The notes under the pieces were generated by a model. That model was not told the origin of the DNA. It did no database searches and saw nothing but the letters and a program-made list of their open reading frames with translations. 64,000 nucleotides of DNA from an uncultured cyanobacterium (GTDB lineage Bacteria; Cyanobacteriota; Cyanobacteriia; PCC-6307; Cyanobiaceae): the NCBI GenBank assembly GCA_963697335.1, contig CAVONQ010000007.1:128001-192000 (forward strand), in the 5' to 3' direction. The translations under genes and the position numbers were made by a program. The stretch's first letter is position 1. The number at the start of each line of letters is the position of its first letter. Below are positions 1 through 11,110 of the stretch, piece by piece.

Positions 1-271
1 GGGCAACGTCGAACACCCTGCCGCGTATGCAGCGCACAAGTTTGGCTTCCGGAGTGGCTCCCAGCTGCCCGTGCAGACCGCGCAGGGCGCCGATCCGCTC
101 TGTGCGGCTCACGTTGATCTGGTGCACGGGCCGATCGCCCCACCAGGGCGCCAGGTCCTCGCGGCGGAAGGCATTGAGAAAACTGCCGCGGTCGTCGAGA
201 AACGGCAACGAAGCCAGCTCCACCAGCCCTTCGATGGCCGTGGGGCGGACCTGGGGCGAACGCTGCGCCAT
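1..271 (-). CDS. rfbC: dTDP-4-dehydrorhamnose 3,5-epimerase family protein (RmlC/RfbC-like), 5' part; runs off the left edge
   Basis: Not in the ORF track. Manual translation from ATG at 271 gives MAQRSPQVRPTAIEGLVEL...DDRGSF...QINVS...GALRGLHGQ...EAKLVRCIRGRVFDVA, which carries the RmlC cupin motifs. Confidence 0.88.
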   Translation of the reverse strand, partial: MAQRSPQVRPTAIEGLVELASLPFLDDRGSFLNAFRREDLAPWWGDRPVHQINVSRTERIGALRGLHGQLGATPEAKLVRCIRGRVFDVA

Positions 272-340
272 GGTGCAAGGACCGCTGCGGCAGCGTCAGC
301 CTGCCAGAGCCCCTCCCCGTAGGCTGCAGCGTGCTGGGAG

Positions 341-1411
341 GTGGACATGGTGAGGTCCGGGGGAGCAAGCGAGTACAGGGCTCCCCGTGAGCTGCTCCTG
401 CACACCGGCCTGGATGGGGGACTGATCGCCGAGCTGGCCGCGGACGTCGCGGCCAACCTGCCGCAGCTGCGTCGGCGGGGCATCTGTGCCCATCCCGGCG
501 AGGCGCTGCTGCCGGCGGTGCTGGGCAACGACTGGACCGCCTGGAAGCGCCTCGAGCGAGGACGCCGGTGGAAACCCTGGCGACGCCATGAACACCTGTG
601 GGCCGTGGCCCCCGGCCTGGTGCCCTCGCTGCTTCAGGAACGCAGGTTCGGGCGCCTGCAGCAGCAGGTGGAGGAGCAGGGCTTCCGCCTGGCCATCGCG
701 GTGCACCTCTTCGATGGCCGCGAACAACTGGCGCGCGACTTCGCCCGCTGTCTGATCGGGTTGCGCTGCATCGACTCCTATGACGCCTTCGCCGCTCGCC
801 AACTGGAGCAGCATCCCCAGCGCTACCGGCTGGATCGCCTGTTCGAACCGCTGCTGGAATGGTGCGGCGCCCGGGGGCTGCGCTTCGTGCTGCATCCGCC
901 CGCCGGGGGAGAACGTCTGGCCAGCACCTGGACCACCCTGAGCCTGTTCGGAGGCGCCGGCTGCCCTGAGCTGCCTGGATCCAGCCATGAGGCCACGCCC
1001 TCACAGCCGCCATGGCAAGCCGGACTGCCGATCCCCCCAGACCTCTCGCCGCGCGCTGTGGCGCTGGCTCAGCAATGCCTGCAGGGCCTCGATCAACCGC
1101 CCCGAGGCCAACGGCGGCAGCAGCTTCGCCAGCAGCTCAAAGCCCAGCTCAATGGATCGAGCCTGCCTGAGCCGGCAGAGCCCTGCTGGGCCGACCGCTT
1201 CGAGGCGCCCTGCCTGGACGCCGAGATCGCCGCGGCCCAGCAACGGCTGGGGCTGAGGGTCTGGGGTATGGACTGGCCGGCCGTGGGGCCGATCACGCCG
1301 GCGGCGCTCCCCGTTGGACTCTCCCGGCGGCGGTTCCGCAAGCGCCCACGCGGGGCCCCGGTCAAGGCCCTGCGCCGTCGACCGGAAGCCTTGGATCAGG
1401 CTGTCGGCTGA
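341..1411 (+). CDS. hypothetical protein, degenerate sulfotransferase-like fold
   Basis: 356-aa ORF with GC3-rich codons. ELLLHTG...NLPQLRRRGI resembles LHIG(xxKTGTT)...N...L...GI proteins but lacks the KTG loop. Confidence 0.6.
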   Translation: MDMVRSGGASEYRAPRELLLHTGLDGGLIAELAADVAANLPQLRRRGICAHPGEALLPAVLGNDWTAWKRLERGRRWKPWRRHEHLWAVAPGLVPSLLQERRFGRLQQQVEEQGFRLAIAVHLFDGREQLARDFARCLIGLRCIDSYDAFAARQLEQHPQRYRLDRLFEPLLEWCGARGLRFVLHPPAGGERLASTWTTLSLFGGAGCPELPGSSHEATPSQPPWQAGLPIPPDLSPRAVALAQQCLQGLDQPPRGQRRQQLRQQLKAQLNGSSLPEPAEPCWADRFEAPCLDAEIAAAQQRLGLRVWGMDWPAVGPITPAALPVGLSRRRFRKRPRGAPVKALRRRPEALDQAVG

Positions 1412-1437
1412 TCAGGCCTGCTGATCTGGTCAGCTGA

Positions 1438-2436
1438 TCAAGCCATCCGCAGATCCAGCAGGCGCTCGGGGTAGGCCAGCATGAAGGCCCGCTGCAGGCG
1501 GGAGTTGCGCCACGGCCGCAACTTGCGCAGGTAGCGACCCTTGCGGTCTTCGATCAGCACATTGGTCACGCCGTCGAGCCCCCAGCCATGGTCGGGATCG
1601 AAGGGCCAGAAGCTGTAGACGGTTCGGGCATGGGGGGAGAGGGCGACCACCCCCTGCATGAACGTCCCCCGTCCCGCCACGAAGTGCCGCCCGCGCACCA
1701 GAAAGGCGATGTCGCGCTCGAGGCCCCAGCTGTGCAGGGTCACCTCCAGGCCCAGGGAACGGCAGTGCTGCTGCAGGGCCAGCACCACGGGGTTGCCGAA
1801 GTCTTCGAACACCAGGTGCACATGGCCCCAGGCCCGCTGCTGCAGCACCAGGGTGTAAAAGGCCAGCGGCGGCTGGTAGTAGCCGGGGTGGGGATGGCGA
1901 TCGAAGATGTCGCCGCAGCGAATGTGCACCACCAGGTGGTCGTCCGGCAGGGCCTCCCCCTCCAGCGCCAGCGTCATGGCGGGCCGCAACTGCTGCAGCA
2001 GGCTGCGGAAGCCGGCCATCGGATGGGCCAGGGCGCCGAGGGTATGGCAGTAGAAGAAGCGCCCCTCCAGGCGGGTGTGCTCGGGGGGGAAATGGCTGAG
2101 GCCATTGACCACTTCCAGACCATCGGCCAGACGCGTGGAGCCACGGCGCAGGTACCAGGCATCGGGAACCTCCAGGACCCTGGCACCGATCCGACGGGCG
2201 AGGTGGGAGGCATGGCAGAGCTGGGCGAGGCTGTTGGAGAAGCGCTCCAGGCGGTGGATCCGCAGGGCGTCGACCCTGCCATCGAAGGATTCGGGAGTGG
2301 CACCTTTGCCCAGATGCACGGCGTAGGGATCGCTGCGCCGGCGATGGGCGGTGGGGGAGGGAATCCTGTGGCCCCGCATCAGCAGAAGGTCGAGCTGATG
2401 GCGTTCGGCGAAGACACTCTGAACGTGGTCACTCAT
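1438..2436 (-). CDS. putative glycosyltransferase, GT11 (alpha-1,2-fucosyltransferase)-like
   Basis: VVHIRCGDIF resembles the GT11 HxRRGD motif, followed by QPPLAFY. It lies directly downstream of rfbG. Confidence 0.55.
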   Translation of the reverse strand: MSDHVQSVFAERHQLDLLLMRGHRIPSPTAHRRRSDPYAVHLGKGATPESFDGRVDALRIHRLERFSNSLAQLCHASHLARRIGARVLEVPDAWYLRRGSTRLADGLEVVNGLSHFPPEHTRLEGRFFYCHTLGALAHPMAGFRSLLQQLRPAMTLALEGEALPDDHLVVHIRCGDIFDRHPHPGYYQPPLAFYTLVLQQRAWGHVHLVFEDFGNPVVLALQQHCRSLGLEVTLHSWGLERDIAFLVRGRHFVAGRGTFMQGVVALSPHARTVYSFWPFDPDHGWGLDGVTNVLIEDRKGRYLRKLRPWRNSRLQRAFMLAYPERLLDLRMA

Positions 2437-2439
2437 GGA

Positions 2440-3522
2440 TCAGCCTGCCCCGTAGGCCTCCAGATCGGCCTGGCAGCATGCCAGGGGAGGCGACCCTTCA
2501 TCCACCTGTCGATACCAACCGGCGGTACGGGCCACGGTGGTGGCGAAGTCCCAGCGGGGCTGCCAGAGCAGGCGGGTTACGGCCTTGTCGATGGCCAGGT
2601 GCAGCAGACCAGCTTCATGGGGTGCCCCAGGTGCGCTGGAGTCGCGCCAGCGGCCATGCCGGTGGGTCTGCAGGGCCTCCACCAGCTGCTGCACCGTGCG
2701 GTTCGACTCCAGCCCGGGACCAAAGTTCCAGGCCTCGGCAAAACCCGCCGGATCCCGGCTCAGGGCTTCAGCGAGCTGCAGGTAGCCGCCCAGGGGTTCG
2801 AGCACGTGCTGCCATGGACGGGTGGCCCCGGGGTGGCGCAGCTCCAGGGTCTCCGCTGCCGCCCAGGCGCGCATGGCATCGGGCACGATCCGGTCAGGGG
2901 CCCAGTCGCCCCCGCCGATCACGTTGCCGGCCCTGGCCGTGGCCACCGCAAGGTGAGGGGTCTGGTGGGCGCCAGACCCACAGAAACTGCTGCGCCAGGA
3001 CGCGATGGCCAGCTCGGCCGCCGCCTTGCTGGCGCTGTAGGGGTCGTGACCTCCGAGCCGGTCGGGCTCCCGGTAGCCATGCAGCCACTCCCGGTTCTCA
3101 TACACCTTGTCGGTCGTCACCATGACCACAGCGCAGGGATGGGGTACCGCCCTGAGGGCTTCCAGCAGATGCAGGCTGCCCTGCACGTTCGTGGCCCAGG
3201 TACCGAGGGGGTCGGCGTAGCCCCGCCGCACCAGGGCCTGGGCCGCCAGGTGAATCACCACCTGGGGGCGGGAGTCCCGCACCGCCGTCGCCACGGCCTC
3301 GACGTGGCGCAGATCCAGCAGGCGCGAGCGGAGCTGCTCCGGGAAGCTGCGCTCGAGCTCCAGGGCGCCATAGAGGCTGGGGCTGCCTTCAGGTGGCAGG
3401 GCCAGCCCCTCGACCCTCGCCCCAAGCTGCAGCAACCAGAGGGCCAGCCAGGCCCCCTTGAAGCCGGTGTGGCCGGTGAGCAGCACTCGCCGACCAGCCC
3501 AGAAGGCCGGATCGATGCTCAT
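2440..3522 (-). CDS. rfbG: CDP-glucose 4,6-dehydratase
   Basis: Motifs [38 protein letters not shown] and [14 protein letters not shown] overlap with rfbF. Confidence 0.95.
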   Translation of the reverse strand: MSIDPAFWAGRRVLLTGHTGFKGAWLALWLLQLGARVEGLALPPEGSPSLYGALELERSFPEQLRSRLLDLRHVEAVATAVRDSRPQVVIHLAAQALVRRGYADPLGTWATNVQGSLHLLEALRAVPHPCAVVMVTTDKVYENREWLHGYREPDRLGGHDPYSASKAAAELAIASWRSSFCGSGAHQTPHLAVATARAGNVIGGGDWAPDRIVPDAMRAWAAAETLELRHPGATRPWQHVLEPLGGYLQLAEALSRDPAGFAEAWNFGPGLESNRTVQQLVEALQTHRHGRWRDSSAPGAPHEAGLLHLAIDKAVTRLLWQPRWDFATTVARTAGWYRQVDEGSPPLACCQADLEAYGAG

Positions 3523-4292
3523 CGCCAGCACTTCCAGGGGGCCTGGCCGCCCTGCCAGAGCGCCTCAAGCCGGTTGCGCTCCCTCAGGGTGTCCATCGGC
3601 TGCCAGAAGCCACTGTGGCGAAAGGCCGACAGCTGGCCGTCCGCTGCCAGTCGCGGCAGCACGTCGGCCTCGAACACGCTGGCGTCATCGCGGATCAGAT
3701 CACACACCGAGGGCTCCAGCACAAAGAAACCACCGCTGATCCAGGCGTTGTCGCCATCGGGCTTCTCCTGGAACTGGCGCACCCGGTGATCCTCAAGATG
3801 CAGGGCGCCGTAGCGGCCAGGCGGCTGTACGGCGGTGAGCGTGGCCCGCAGGCCCTGGCTGGTGTGATGCCGCACCAGGGCCGCCACATCCACATCGGCG
3901 AGGCCATCCCCATAGGTGAAGCAGAACGACTGCTCCCCCAGATAGGGTCGCACCCGGGCCAGTCGGCCACCGGTCTGAGTGGTCTCGCCGGTGTCCACCA
4001 GGGTCACTTTCCAGGGCTCGGTCTTCTGATGGTGCACCTCCATGCGATTGCCCTCATCCATGTGAAACGTGACATCGCTGGTATGGAGGAAGTAGTTCGC
4101 GAAGTACTCCTTGATCATGTAGCCCTTGTAGCCACAACACACCACGAAGTCGTTGATGCCGAAGGCGCTATAGATCTTGAGAATGTGCCATAGGATCGGG
4201 CGCCCGCCCACCTCCACCATGGGCTTGGGACGCACCTGGGTCTCCTCGGAAAGGCGGGTGCCCAAACCGCCTGCGAGGATGACAGCTTTCAT
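3519..4292 (-). CDS. rfbF: glucose-1-phosphate cytidylyltransferase
   Basis: [33 protein letters not shown] and FWQPMDTLR. Start set at ATG 4292. Confidence 0.96.
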   Translation of the reverse strand: MKAVILAGGLGTRLSEETQVRPKPMVEVGGRPILWHILKIYSAFGINDFVVCCGYKGYMIKEYFANYFLHTSDVTFHMDEGNRMEVHHQKTEPWKVTLVDTGETTQTGGRLARVRPYLGEQSFCFTYGDGLADVDVAALVRHHTSQGLRATLTAVQPPGRYGALHLEDHRVRQFQEKPDGDNAWISGGFFVLEPSVCDLIRDDASVFEADVLPRLAADGQLSAFRHSGFWQPMDTLRERNRLEALWQGGQAPWKCWR

Positions 4293-4389
4293 GCAACAGC
4301 CCAGGCGTGACGCCAGTTTAAGCCGCGGGGGCCAAGGCTCCGATGCCCGCGGCTGAGCACCTCCAACCTGCCCCGCTAGGCCCGAGTCC

Positions 4390-5979
4390 ATGGCTGCTGC
4401 TCCCCCCGATCTCGTCTGGCTGCCTGCGGCCAGCCGCCGGTTGCTGCAGGCCTCCCGACTGATGCGCTCGGGCCAGCCTGGCCAGGCCCTGCAGCAGCTC
4501 TGCCAGGTGGCCGAAGCGTCACCGGGGTTGCGGCCCCTGTGCACCCGGCAGGCCCGCCAGGCCCTCACCGCCCAGCTCGAGCTTGAAGGCGTGCAACGGT
4601 TGCGCACCCAGCGCCCCCTGCCGGAAACCCCCAAGGCCCTGCTGGCCTGGGTGCTGGCCCATCCGGCCCAGCAGCTGGAGCTCTCGGCGGCCAGCCCGTC
4701 GGCCCTGCGGCTGGGCCTGCTGCATCAGCTGGTCTGGGACAGCACCGTGGTAGTGGCGCTCGATGGCGACGCCCCTGGCCAAGAACCGCTGCCGGCCCAG
4801 CTCTGGCTGGATGGCCAGCTGATCGCTGAGGCCAATGGATCCTGCAGCGCCTTGAATGGCCGCGAGCAGCCCGAAGCCCGCCTTGAGCGCAGGATCCGCC
4901 TGGCCCGGGGGCGCGACTGGCTGCTCAGCTGGCACCGCTGGCCGTGGCTGCCTGGCCTGGCCATCGACCTGGAAGCCCCCCTGGAGCCGGCAGAGCATCC
5001 ACGCCACTGGCAGGAGGCCCGCCGCCGCTGCCACCAGAACCTGCTGGAGGAGCGGCGGCGCCTCTGCTGGAGCTCAGTCCAGGAAAAGCACCGCGATGAC
5101 GAGCTGGTGTCCGTGGTGATTCCCGTGTGGGGTGCGGGGACGGAGCTGGCCCAAGCCCTGGAGCACCTGGGGCAATTGCAGGGCTCCCAGAAGCTGGAGA
5201 TCCTCCTGGTGGACAACGGCAACGGGGATGCCGGCACCTGCGCGGTTCTGGAGGAGGCGCCCAGGCGTGATGGCCGGGTGCGGGTGCTGCGGCAGCCCCG
5301 CAATTTCGGCTTCGCGCTGGGATGCAACCTCGGCTTCGCAGCCAGTCGCGGCAGCAAGGTGCTGTTCCTGAACAGCGATGCCCGCATGGCACCTGGGGCC
5401 CTGCCCCCGCTGCTGATCGCCCTGGAGGATCCTCAGTGTCGCGGAGCCCAACCGGCCCTGCTTACCCCCGCAGGCCAGGTGCAGTGCCTGGGCATCGTCT
5501 TCGGCCAGGCCAGCCCCCTCGGCCTGGCCCTGCATGCCGGAGCCGCAGCGGCGCCCCTGCTGCGTCGTCGCCGCACCCCCGCCGCCACGGCCGCCTGCCT
5601 GCTGCTGCGTGCCCGGGAGTTTGCCGCCGTGCAGGGCTTCGATGTGGGCTATCTGAACGGCCAGGAAGACACCGATCTCTGCCACCGCCTCCGGCAGCGA
5701 TTTGGTGGTGATTTCAGCGTGGAGCCCGGCAGCCTGGTCATCCACCCGGAAGGGTCGAGTCCGGGCCGCTATCGCTTCATCGAGGCCAACCGCAGCCGGC
5801 TGATCGCCCGCTGGCCCCATCCAGACGAAGCCTCCCTGGCCAGGGCCACCGCCGCCGATGGCCTGGTGCTGGTGGACTTTCTGGACAACGACCGGCCGGG
5901 CCGGCCCCGCTGGTTGTGCGCACCAAGCCCGGTGTTCAAGCCCCAGCGATCGCAGCCTGTTGGCGCAGCAACCCCCTGA
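4390..5979 (+). CDS. glycosyltransferase family 2 with N-terminal extension
   Basis: C-terminal GT-A domain: [28 protein letters not shown] and EDTDLC. Confidence 0.88.
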   Translation: MAAAPPDLVWLPAASRRLLQASRLMRSGQPGQALQQLCQVAEASPGLRPLCTRQARQALTAQLELEGVQRLRTQRPLPETPKALLAWVLAHPAQQLELSAASPSALRLGLLHQLVWDSTVVVALDGDAPGQEPLPAQLWLDGQLIAEANGSCSALNGREQPEARLERRIRLARGRDWLLSWHRWPWLPGLAIDLEAPLEPAEHPRHWQEARRRCHQNLLEERRRLCWSSVQEKHRDDELVSVVIPVWGAGTELAQALEHLGQLQGSQKLEILLVDNGNGDAGTCAVLEEAPRRDGRVRVLRQPRNFGFALGCNLGFAASRGSKVLFLNSDARMAPGALPPLLIALEDPQCRGAQPALLTPAGQVQCLGIVFGQASPLGLALHAGAAAAPLLRRRRTPAATAACLLLRAREFAAVQGFDVGYLNGQEDTDLCHRLRQRFGGDFSVEPGSLVIHPEGSSPGRYRFIEANRSRLIARWPHPDEASLARATAADGLVLVDFLDNDRPGRPRWLCAPSPVFKPQRSQPVGAATP

Positions 5980-6913
5980 TCACCTCAAGGGCCGAGTCGT
6001 GGAGCAGGTTTTGGCTGCGGGCATGCTGAACTGCCTGCTCCAGAGTGGCCTGGATCTGCTGCTGGTTCGCCAACAGTTCCGCCCGGTTGACCTGCTCGGC
6101 CTCCACCAGTTGCTGCAGCTGCAGGCGGTCGCTTTGGCACGTCGCCAGGTCCGCCAGGGAAGCCTCCATCTGTTGCAGCTGCTCCGCCAGCTGCTCCCGG
6201 ATCCAGGCAGCATCGATGAGCTCGGCGCGAGCTGCCCCGAGCTCCAAGCCGAGATTGTGCAAATCAGCCTCGAAACGGGCCAGCCGTTGGCGCTGCTCGA
6301 GCAACCGCCCTGGTTGGGCAGACGCCTCAAGGCGCGCCGGGTAACTGAAATCAGGCTGCCGCAGTTCAGCGGGAGCTGCCAGGGGATGGCCGTCCAGGCT
6401 GAGGTAAGCGGGCAGGATCTCTGGGTGGCTCTGGAGCAGGTCAAGGGCAATTCTGGCCTCGAGCGCTTCGGGCTGAGGTCGGAACCAGAGATCCTGGCCA
6501 GCCAGGTCGGCTCCCGGGCCGTCGACAGTCGCCGACAACGGGTCCGCCTGCGCTCCACGTTGCAGCGCCTCCACCACCCAGCCAACCAGCTGGGGCACCG
6601 AGCTGAGGGCCAGGTTGACCAGGCGCAGCTGGGGCAACGGCTCTGTCGCCATCCAGATCGAGGCCAGATCAGCCAGGTGGGCATAGTGACCGGCCAGGCC
6701 CCCCTCAGACTCCAGCAGGTCGGCGCAGAGAGCCTGGTCGGGGGTGGGATAGAGCACGGCCACGGGCCCCAGGCCCAGCTCCACCGCCTCCCAGGACTCC
6801 AGCCATTCCACCGGCAGGTCTGCGGCAACCAGAGCGTTCAACATCCGTTGCACCACCGGCTCCAGCACGGGATCAGCAGCCCCGGGAGGGGGGGCAATCC
6901 TAAGTGCGTTCAC
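5936..6913 (-). CDS. hypothetical protein with C-terminal coiled coil
   Basis: 325 aa; the last ~120 aa are Q/E/L heptad-rich. Confidence 0.65.
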   Translation of the reverse strand: MNALRIAPPPGAADPVLEPVVQRMLNALVAADLPVEWLESWEAVELGLGPVAVLYPTPDQALCADLLESEGGLAGHYAHLADLASIWMATEPLPQLRLVNLALSSVPQLVGWVVEALQRGAQADPLSATVDGPGADLAGQDLWFRPQPEALEARIALDLLQSHPEILPAYLSLDGHPLAAPAELRQPDFSYPARLEASAQPGRLLEQRQRLARFEADLHNLGLELGAARAELIDAAWIREQLAEQLQQMEASLADLATCQSDRLQLQQLVEAEQVNRAELLANQQQIQATLEQAVQHARSQNLLHDSALEVIRGLLRQQAAIAGA

Positions 6914-6989
6914 AGACCCTTCCAGGCAACTGCCCCATTTTGCTACCCACCCCAGCTGCCACCCAGGCGAGGCAGCATGCCGGGCTGGC

Positions 6990-7520
6990 AGGAGAGGACG
7001 GAACTGGCTGCGGATCTGACGGTGCAGTGTCTTTTGGTTCCTCTTAACGGTCAGGAGGAAGTCGGCCCCCTGCTCGGTGAGCTGTTGAAAAAAGGTTTCT
7101 GGGTGTGGAGCGCATCTGCCTGGATCAGCACCCCCTCGAGATCCAGCTCCCCGAGCAGTTGCCGGAGGACGGCCCGCTCGTGGTTCGCGCCAGTGGCGTA
7201 GCAGGCCTGCGAGATCGCCACACCCAAGGCGGCCGAGTACAGCGTCACCTGGGCAATGAACGCCGAACCACCGCCGGGTGTGGTCTCGATCGAGCCTCGC
7301 AGGGTCTTGCCGTCACACACCAGCTGATCGAGATCTGCTGCACCACCAGGGATCTGGGCGATCGTCCAGTCACGGATGGCCGCGCACAAGGCCGCCACAT
7401 CCACCTGCAGGAAGAAGTAGCGGAACGCTGAATCCGATGGGGGCCGCCGCAGTTCAAGGCCCAGCTGCTGACCCAGCACCGAATGGTGACGGCGAGCAAA
7501 CCGCATCGAGACCGCAAAGG
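6990..7520 (-). mobile_element. ISAs1-family transposase remnant (truncated at both ends, internal -1 frame change)
   Basis: DGKTLRGS and DALHTQK motifs in ORF 7051..7506. The -1 frame continues EQGADFLLTVKRNQKTLHRQI, an ISAs1 GDY.L.VK.NQ-type motif. No full transposase or terminal repeats were seen. Confidence 0.85.
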
Positions 7521-7588
7521 CACCTGTGACAATGAACCCAAGAGGGTCACAATAGCGGGCAGAGGATCACTTAAGCAGCAGCAAAGGC

Positions 7589-8746
7589 ATGAGCAAGACA
7601 GCCTTGATCACCGGGGTCACGGGCCAGGATGGAAGTTATCTGGCCGAACTTCTACTGGAGAAGGGCTACGAAGTGCATGGCATCAAGCGACGCGCCAGCA
7701 GCTTCAACACCAGCCGCATCGACCATCTCTACCAGGATCCCCATGCCAGTGATCCGCGCCTGGTACTGCACTATGGCGATCTCACCGACAGCACCAACCT
7801 GATTCGGATCATCCAGCAGGTTCAACCTGATGAAATTTACAATCTGGGAGCTCAGAGCCATGTTCAGGTGAGCTTTGAGGCACCCGAATACACGGCTAAC
7901 AGTGATGGCCTGGGTACACTCAGAATTCTCGAAGCCGTCAGGATTCTGGGCCTCTCCGAGCGCACCCGGATCTATCAGGCCAGCACCAGCGAACTGTTCG
8001 GGCTCGTGCAGGAAGTTCCTCAGAAGGAGAGTACACCCTTCTACCCCAGAAGCCCCTATGGGGTGGCCAAACTGTACGCCTACTGGATCACGGTGAACTA
8101 TCGAGAGGCCTACGGCATGTACGCCTGCAATGGCATCCTCTTCAATCATGAATCTCCCCGAAGGGGCGAGACGTTTGTAACCCGCAAGATCACGCGAGGG
8201 CTGGCCAGAATTGATGCAGGCTTGGATCAGTGCCTCTACATGGGCAACCTCGACTCCCTGCGCGACTGGGGGCATGCTCGCGACTATGTCGAGATGCAAT
8301 GGCGGATGCTGCAACAGGAAGGCCCCCCAGAAGACTTCGTGATCGCCACCGGAAGGCAGGAAAGTGTGCGCCGATTCATCGAATTGGCCGCTGCGGCCGT
8401 TGGCTGGAAGGCTCCAGGCCGTGGCCCAGCCATCGAGTGGCAGGGTGAAGGCCTCGAAGAAGTGGGCCGTCGCGGAGACACCGGTGCCGCTGTGGTGCGG
8501 ATCGACCCCCGCTACTTCAGACCTGCAGAGGTGGAAACCCTACTGGGAGATCCAAGGCGGGCCCACGAAAAACTCGGCTGGACTCCCACCACTACCCTCG
8601 AGGAGTTGGTGGAGGAAATGGTCGCCTGCGACAAACTGGAGGCCTCCAAAGAAGCCACCCTGCGGCGGGAGGGGTTCACCGTGGTGGGGTCGATGGAGAA
8701 CCCCCCAACCCATCCCAATGAAGTGAGCCAGACGGTGAAGGCATGA
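7589..8746 (+). CDS. gmd: GDP-mannose 4,6-dehydratase
   Basis: [35 protein letters not shown] and [17 protein letters not shown]. Confidence 0.97.
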   Translation: MSKTALITGVTGQDGSYLAELLLEKGYEVHGIKRRASSFNTSRIDHLYQDPHASDPRLVLHYGDLTDSTNLIRIIQQVQPDEIYNLGAQSHVQVSFEAPEYTANSDGLGTLRILEAVRILGLSERTRIYQASTSELFGLVQEVPQKESTPFYPRSPYGVAKLYAYWITVNYREAYGMYACNGILFNHESPRRGETFVTRKITRGLARIDAGLDQCLYMGNLDSLRDWGHARDYVEMQWRMLQQEGPPEDFVIATGRQESVRRFIELAAAAVGWKAPGRGPAIEWQGEGLEEVGRRGDTGAAVVRIDPRYFRPAEVETLLGDPRRAHEKLGWTPTTTLEELVEEMVACDKLEASKEATLRREGFTVVGSMENPPTHPNEVSQTVKA

Positions 8747-9756
8747 GCTCCAGCAGCGCTCTGGAATCCGGTGGGTTGCTCCATCCCCAGGACAGAATTT
8801 TTGTGGCGGGTCATCGTGGCATGGCCGGCAGTGCAATCTACCGAGCCCTCGAGCAAAAAGGTTTCAGCAATCTGCTCACCGCTGATCGCTCCAGCCTCGA
8901 CCTCAGCAACGGCCAGACCGTAAGCACTTGGTTTCAGCAACAGAAGCCAGATGTGGTGGTGGTTGCTGCCGCTAAGGTTGGTGGCATTTTTGCGAACTCA
9001 ACCTATCCCGCAGACTTTCTGCTGGACAATCTCAAGATTCAGCTCAATGTGATTGAGGCTGCCTGGAAACGGGGTGTGCGCCGCCTGCTGTTTCTCGGCA
9101 GCAGTTGCATCTACCCAAAGTTTGCAGCCCAACCGATCCGAGAGGAGGAGTTACTGAATGGCCCCTTGGAGCCCACCAACGAGTGGTACGCCATGGCCAA
9201 GATCACTGGCATCAAGCTATGCGAAGCACTACGTCTTCAGCATGGCTTTGATGCCATTAGCTTGATGCCTACCAATCTCTACGGCCCAGGGGATAACTAT
9301 CACCCGCAGAACAGTCATGTTCTGCCAGCCATGATTCGTCGGTTCCATGAGGCCCGCCTCAGTGGCGCCAGTTCCGTGACCTGCTGGGGCACTGGCCAAC
9401 CGCGCCGAGAGTTTCTGCATGTGGACGATCTTGCCGACGCCTGCGTGTACTGCCTTGAGCATTGGAATCCCTCAGCTGAAGAGGCTCCAAAGCGTGACGA
9501 TGGGCAGTTACTGAGCTTCCTGAATGTGGGCACCGGTGAAGATCTACCGATCAAGGAGTTGGCAGAGATGGTGGCCGACGCAGTGGGATTTCAAGGGCGC
9601 ATTGAGTGGGAAACGAGCAAACCAGATGGGACCCCTCGCAAGCTTCTGGATGTCACTCGACTGAAGGGCCTCGGCTGGCAAGCCAAAGTCTCCCTGCCAG
9701 TGGGAATCCAACAGGTGGCTAGGGACTTTGCCCAGGGAGCATCCACACGTCTTTGA
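8743..9756 (+). CDS. fcl: GDP-L-fucose synthase
   Basis: [37 protein letters not shown] and [14 protein letters not shown]-coupled to gmd. Confidence 0.96.
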   Translation: MSSSSALESGGLLHPQDRIFVAGHRGMAGSAIYRALEQKGFSNLLTADRSSLDLSNGQTVSTWFQQQKPDVVVVAAAKVGGIFANSTYPADFLLDNLKIQLNVIEAAWKRGVRRLLFLGSSCIYPKFAAQPIREEELLNGPLEPTNEWYAMAKITGIKLCEALRLQHGFDAISLMPTNLYGPGDNYHPQNSHVLPAMIRRFHEARLSGASSVTCWGTGQPRREFLHVDDLADACVYCLEHWNPSAEEAPKRDDGQLLSFLNVGTGEDLPIKELAEMVADAVGFQGRIEWETSKPDGTPRKLLDVTRLKGLGWQAKVSLPVGIQQVARDFAQGASTRL

Positions 9757-10768
9757 GAGTATTGCGCTCATTTCGATCAGCTGCCGTGTTGGAGTGAGGG
9801 AAGGGAACATCCGGTAACGGATGGCCCAGAAATTTGCAGATGTCCATCCAGCCAGCGCCGGCTGTGAGGTCAATGACCAGAAGGTCGTTGGGACGCTCGC
9901 GAAAATAGTCAACCACCTCAGCATTGTGGCTGTTGTAGCGCGTGAGATAAATAGCCTCATTCCCCTCAGGGTATCCCTTGCCGTAGATCAATTGACGCAT
10001 TCTTGACATCTTGGTGCCGAAGTGCTTCACCTGGCTGCGCAACCATGCCTCGGGGGGGCGAACGGTAAGGATGAATTTACTACCTGGAAACTTTTTGTCT
10101 AGCTCTCGGTAGAACAACGGCCAGGGGTTATCTTGGAATGCATTATAGCGATGGACCAGGTCACAGCAAGCCGCGAACAGTTCGGCATGGCTATGCAGCC
10201 CCTTCAGCCGCTTGCGTCCAATCACCCTATAGCCCAGATACTCCAAGGCCCTCTCAAGGCTGGTCGTGCCGGTCTTGTGGAAGCCAATGCAGAACACCTT
10301 TGTCCTCGTGCGACGACGGCGCTGCTGCCGCAGCCGCCTGGCGGCCCGACTCTGGGGGCGCAGCACGACCTGATCGGGTTCTGGCAGATTCAGAAACAGC
10401 TTCAGGGCTGCCTTTGCCTCAGGACTCGGCAATTCAACGGTCAGCAGACGTTCGGGCTCAGCCGCAAAGAAGGATTCCACATCGTCACAGAACGCACTGA
10501 TGCTCTGATTGAAGGACCTGTCTTGCCCAGCACCGCCGCAGCTGCGAAGAAGAATGAACCGACTGGCGGGGAAGCTTTGGGCGAGCTCTTGATACTGGCC
10601 GGCAAGGCCCGCCCCCATGAACGTGTCATAATTCGCCACACCCTCCGACCCAGGGGAGGCCTCCGTGACAGCCAAGCCAAGACTCTTCAGAATGCGCCGC
10701 GTCACTTTCTGGCCCCGCCGGGCTGGACGCAGCACGAACACTGTCATTGGGCTGGAACGGACGTTCAT
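9719..10768 (-). CDS. sulfotransferase-family protein with duplicated degenerate N-terminal domain
   Basis: C-terminal half has [14 protein letters not shown] (PAPS-binding loop) and [11 protein letters not shown]...WLRS. Confidence 0.8.
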   Translation of the reverse strand: MNVRSSPMTVFVLRPARRGQKVTRRILKSLGLAVTEASPGSEGVANYDTFMGAGLAGQYQELAQSFPASRFILLRSCGGAGQDRSFNQSISAFCDDVESFFAAEPERLLTVELPSPEAKAALKLFLNLPEPDQVVLRPQSRAARRLRQQRRRRTRTKVFCIGFHKTGTTSLERALEYLGYRVIGRKRLKGLHSHAELFAACCDLVHRYNAFQDNPWPLFYRELDKKFPGSKFILTVRPPEAWLRSQVKHFGTKMSRMRQLIYGKGYPEGNEAIYLTRYNSHNAEVVDYFRERPNDLLVIDLTAGAGWMDICKFLGHPLPDVPFPHSNTAADRNERNTLKDVWMLPGQSP

Positions 10769-11110
10769 CTGAGAAGCACTCTACAGACCAGCAGGTGAGA
10801 TTAACTCTATACAGCTCATTAATCTCTCAGCAATCTTACTAGGAGAGCTACATTCAGAAGAAGTCTGGCAACTTAATGTGCTGCAAAGCCCGGTCCTGGA
10901 CAGCACCGAGAGGCTCAAGGTCAGGAACCTCTTCTGCGAACTTAGCAGAGGAAGAAACACGGACGGTGGGGAGGCCTCATCATGGTGTAGCGCGTTGTTA
11001 ATGTTACACTAGTGAAAGTGAACCTCTAGGAGGTTCTCTCAGGCAGGCATTCTCCGCATGACACCGACACGAGAATCATTATGGCTGGTAGAACCACAGA
11101 CAGCTGATCA

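Noticed and set aside
1391..1440. Cluster of (T)GATC(A) palindromic units between convergent genes
   Set aside because: GATC-core palindromes are frequent in this sequence; at most a weak bidirectional terminator.
1588..3789. 733-aa plus-strand ORF
   Set aside because: Antisense shadow of the GT11-like gene, rfbG and rfbF; long shadow ORFs are expected at high GC3.
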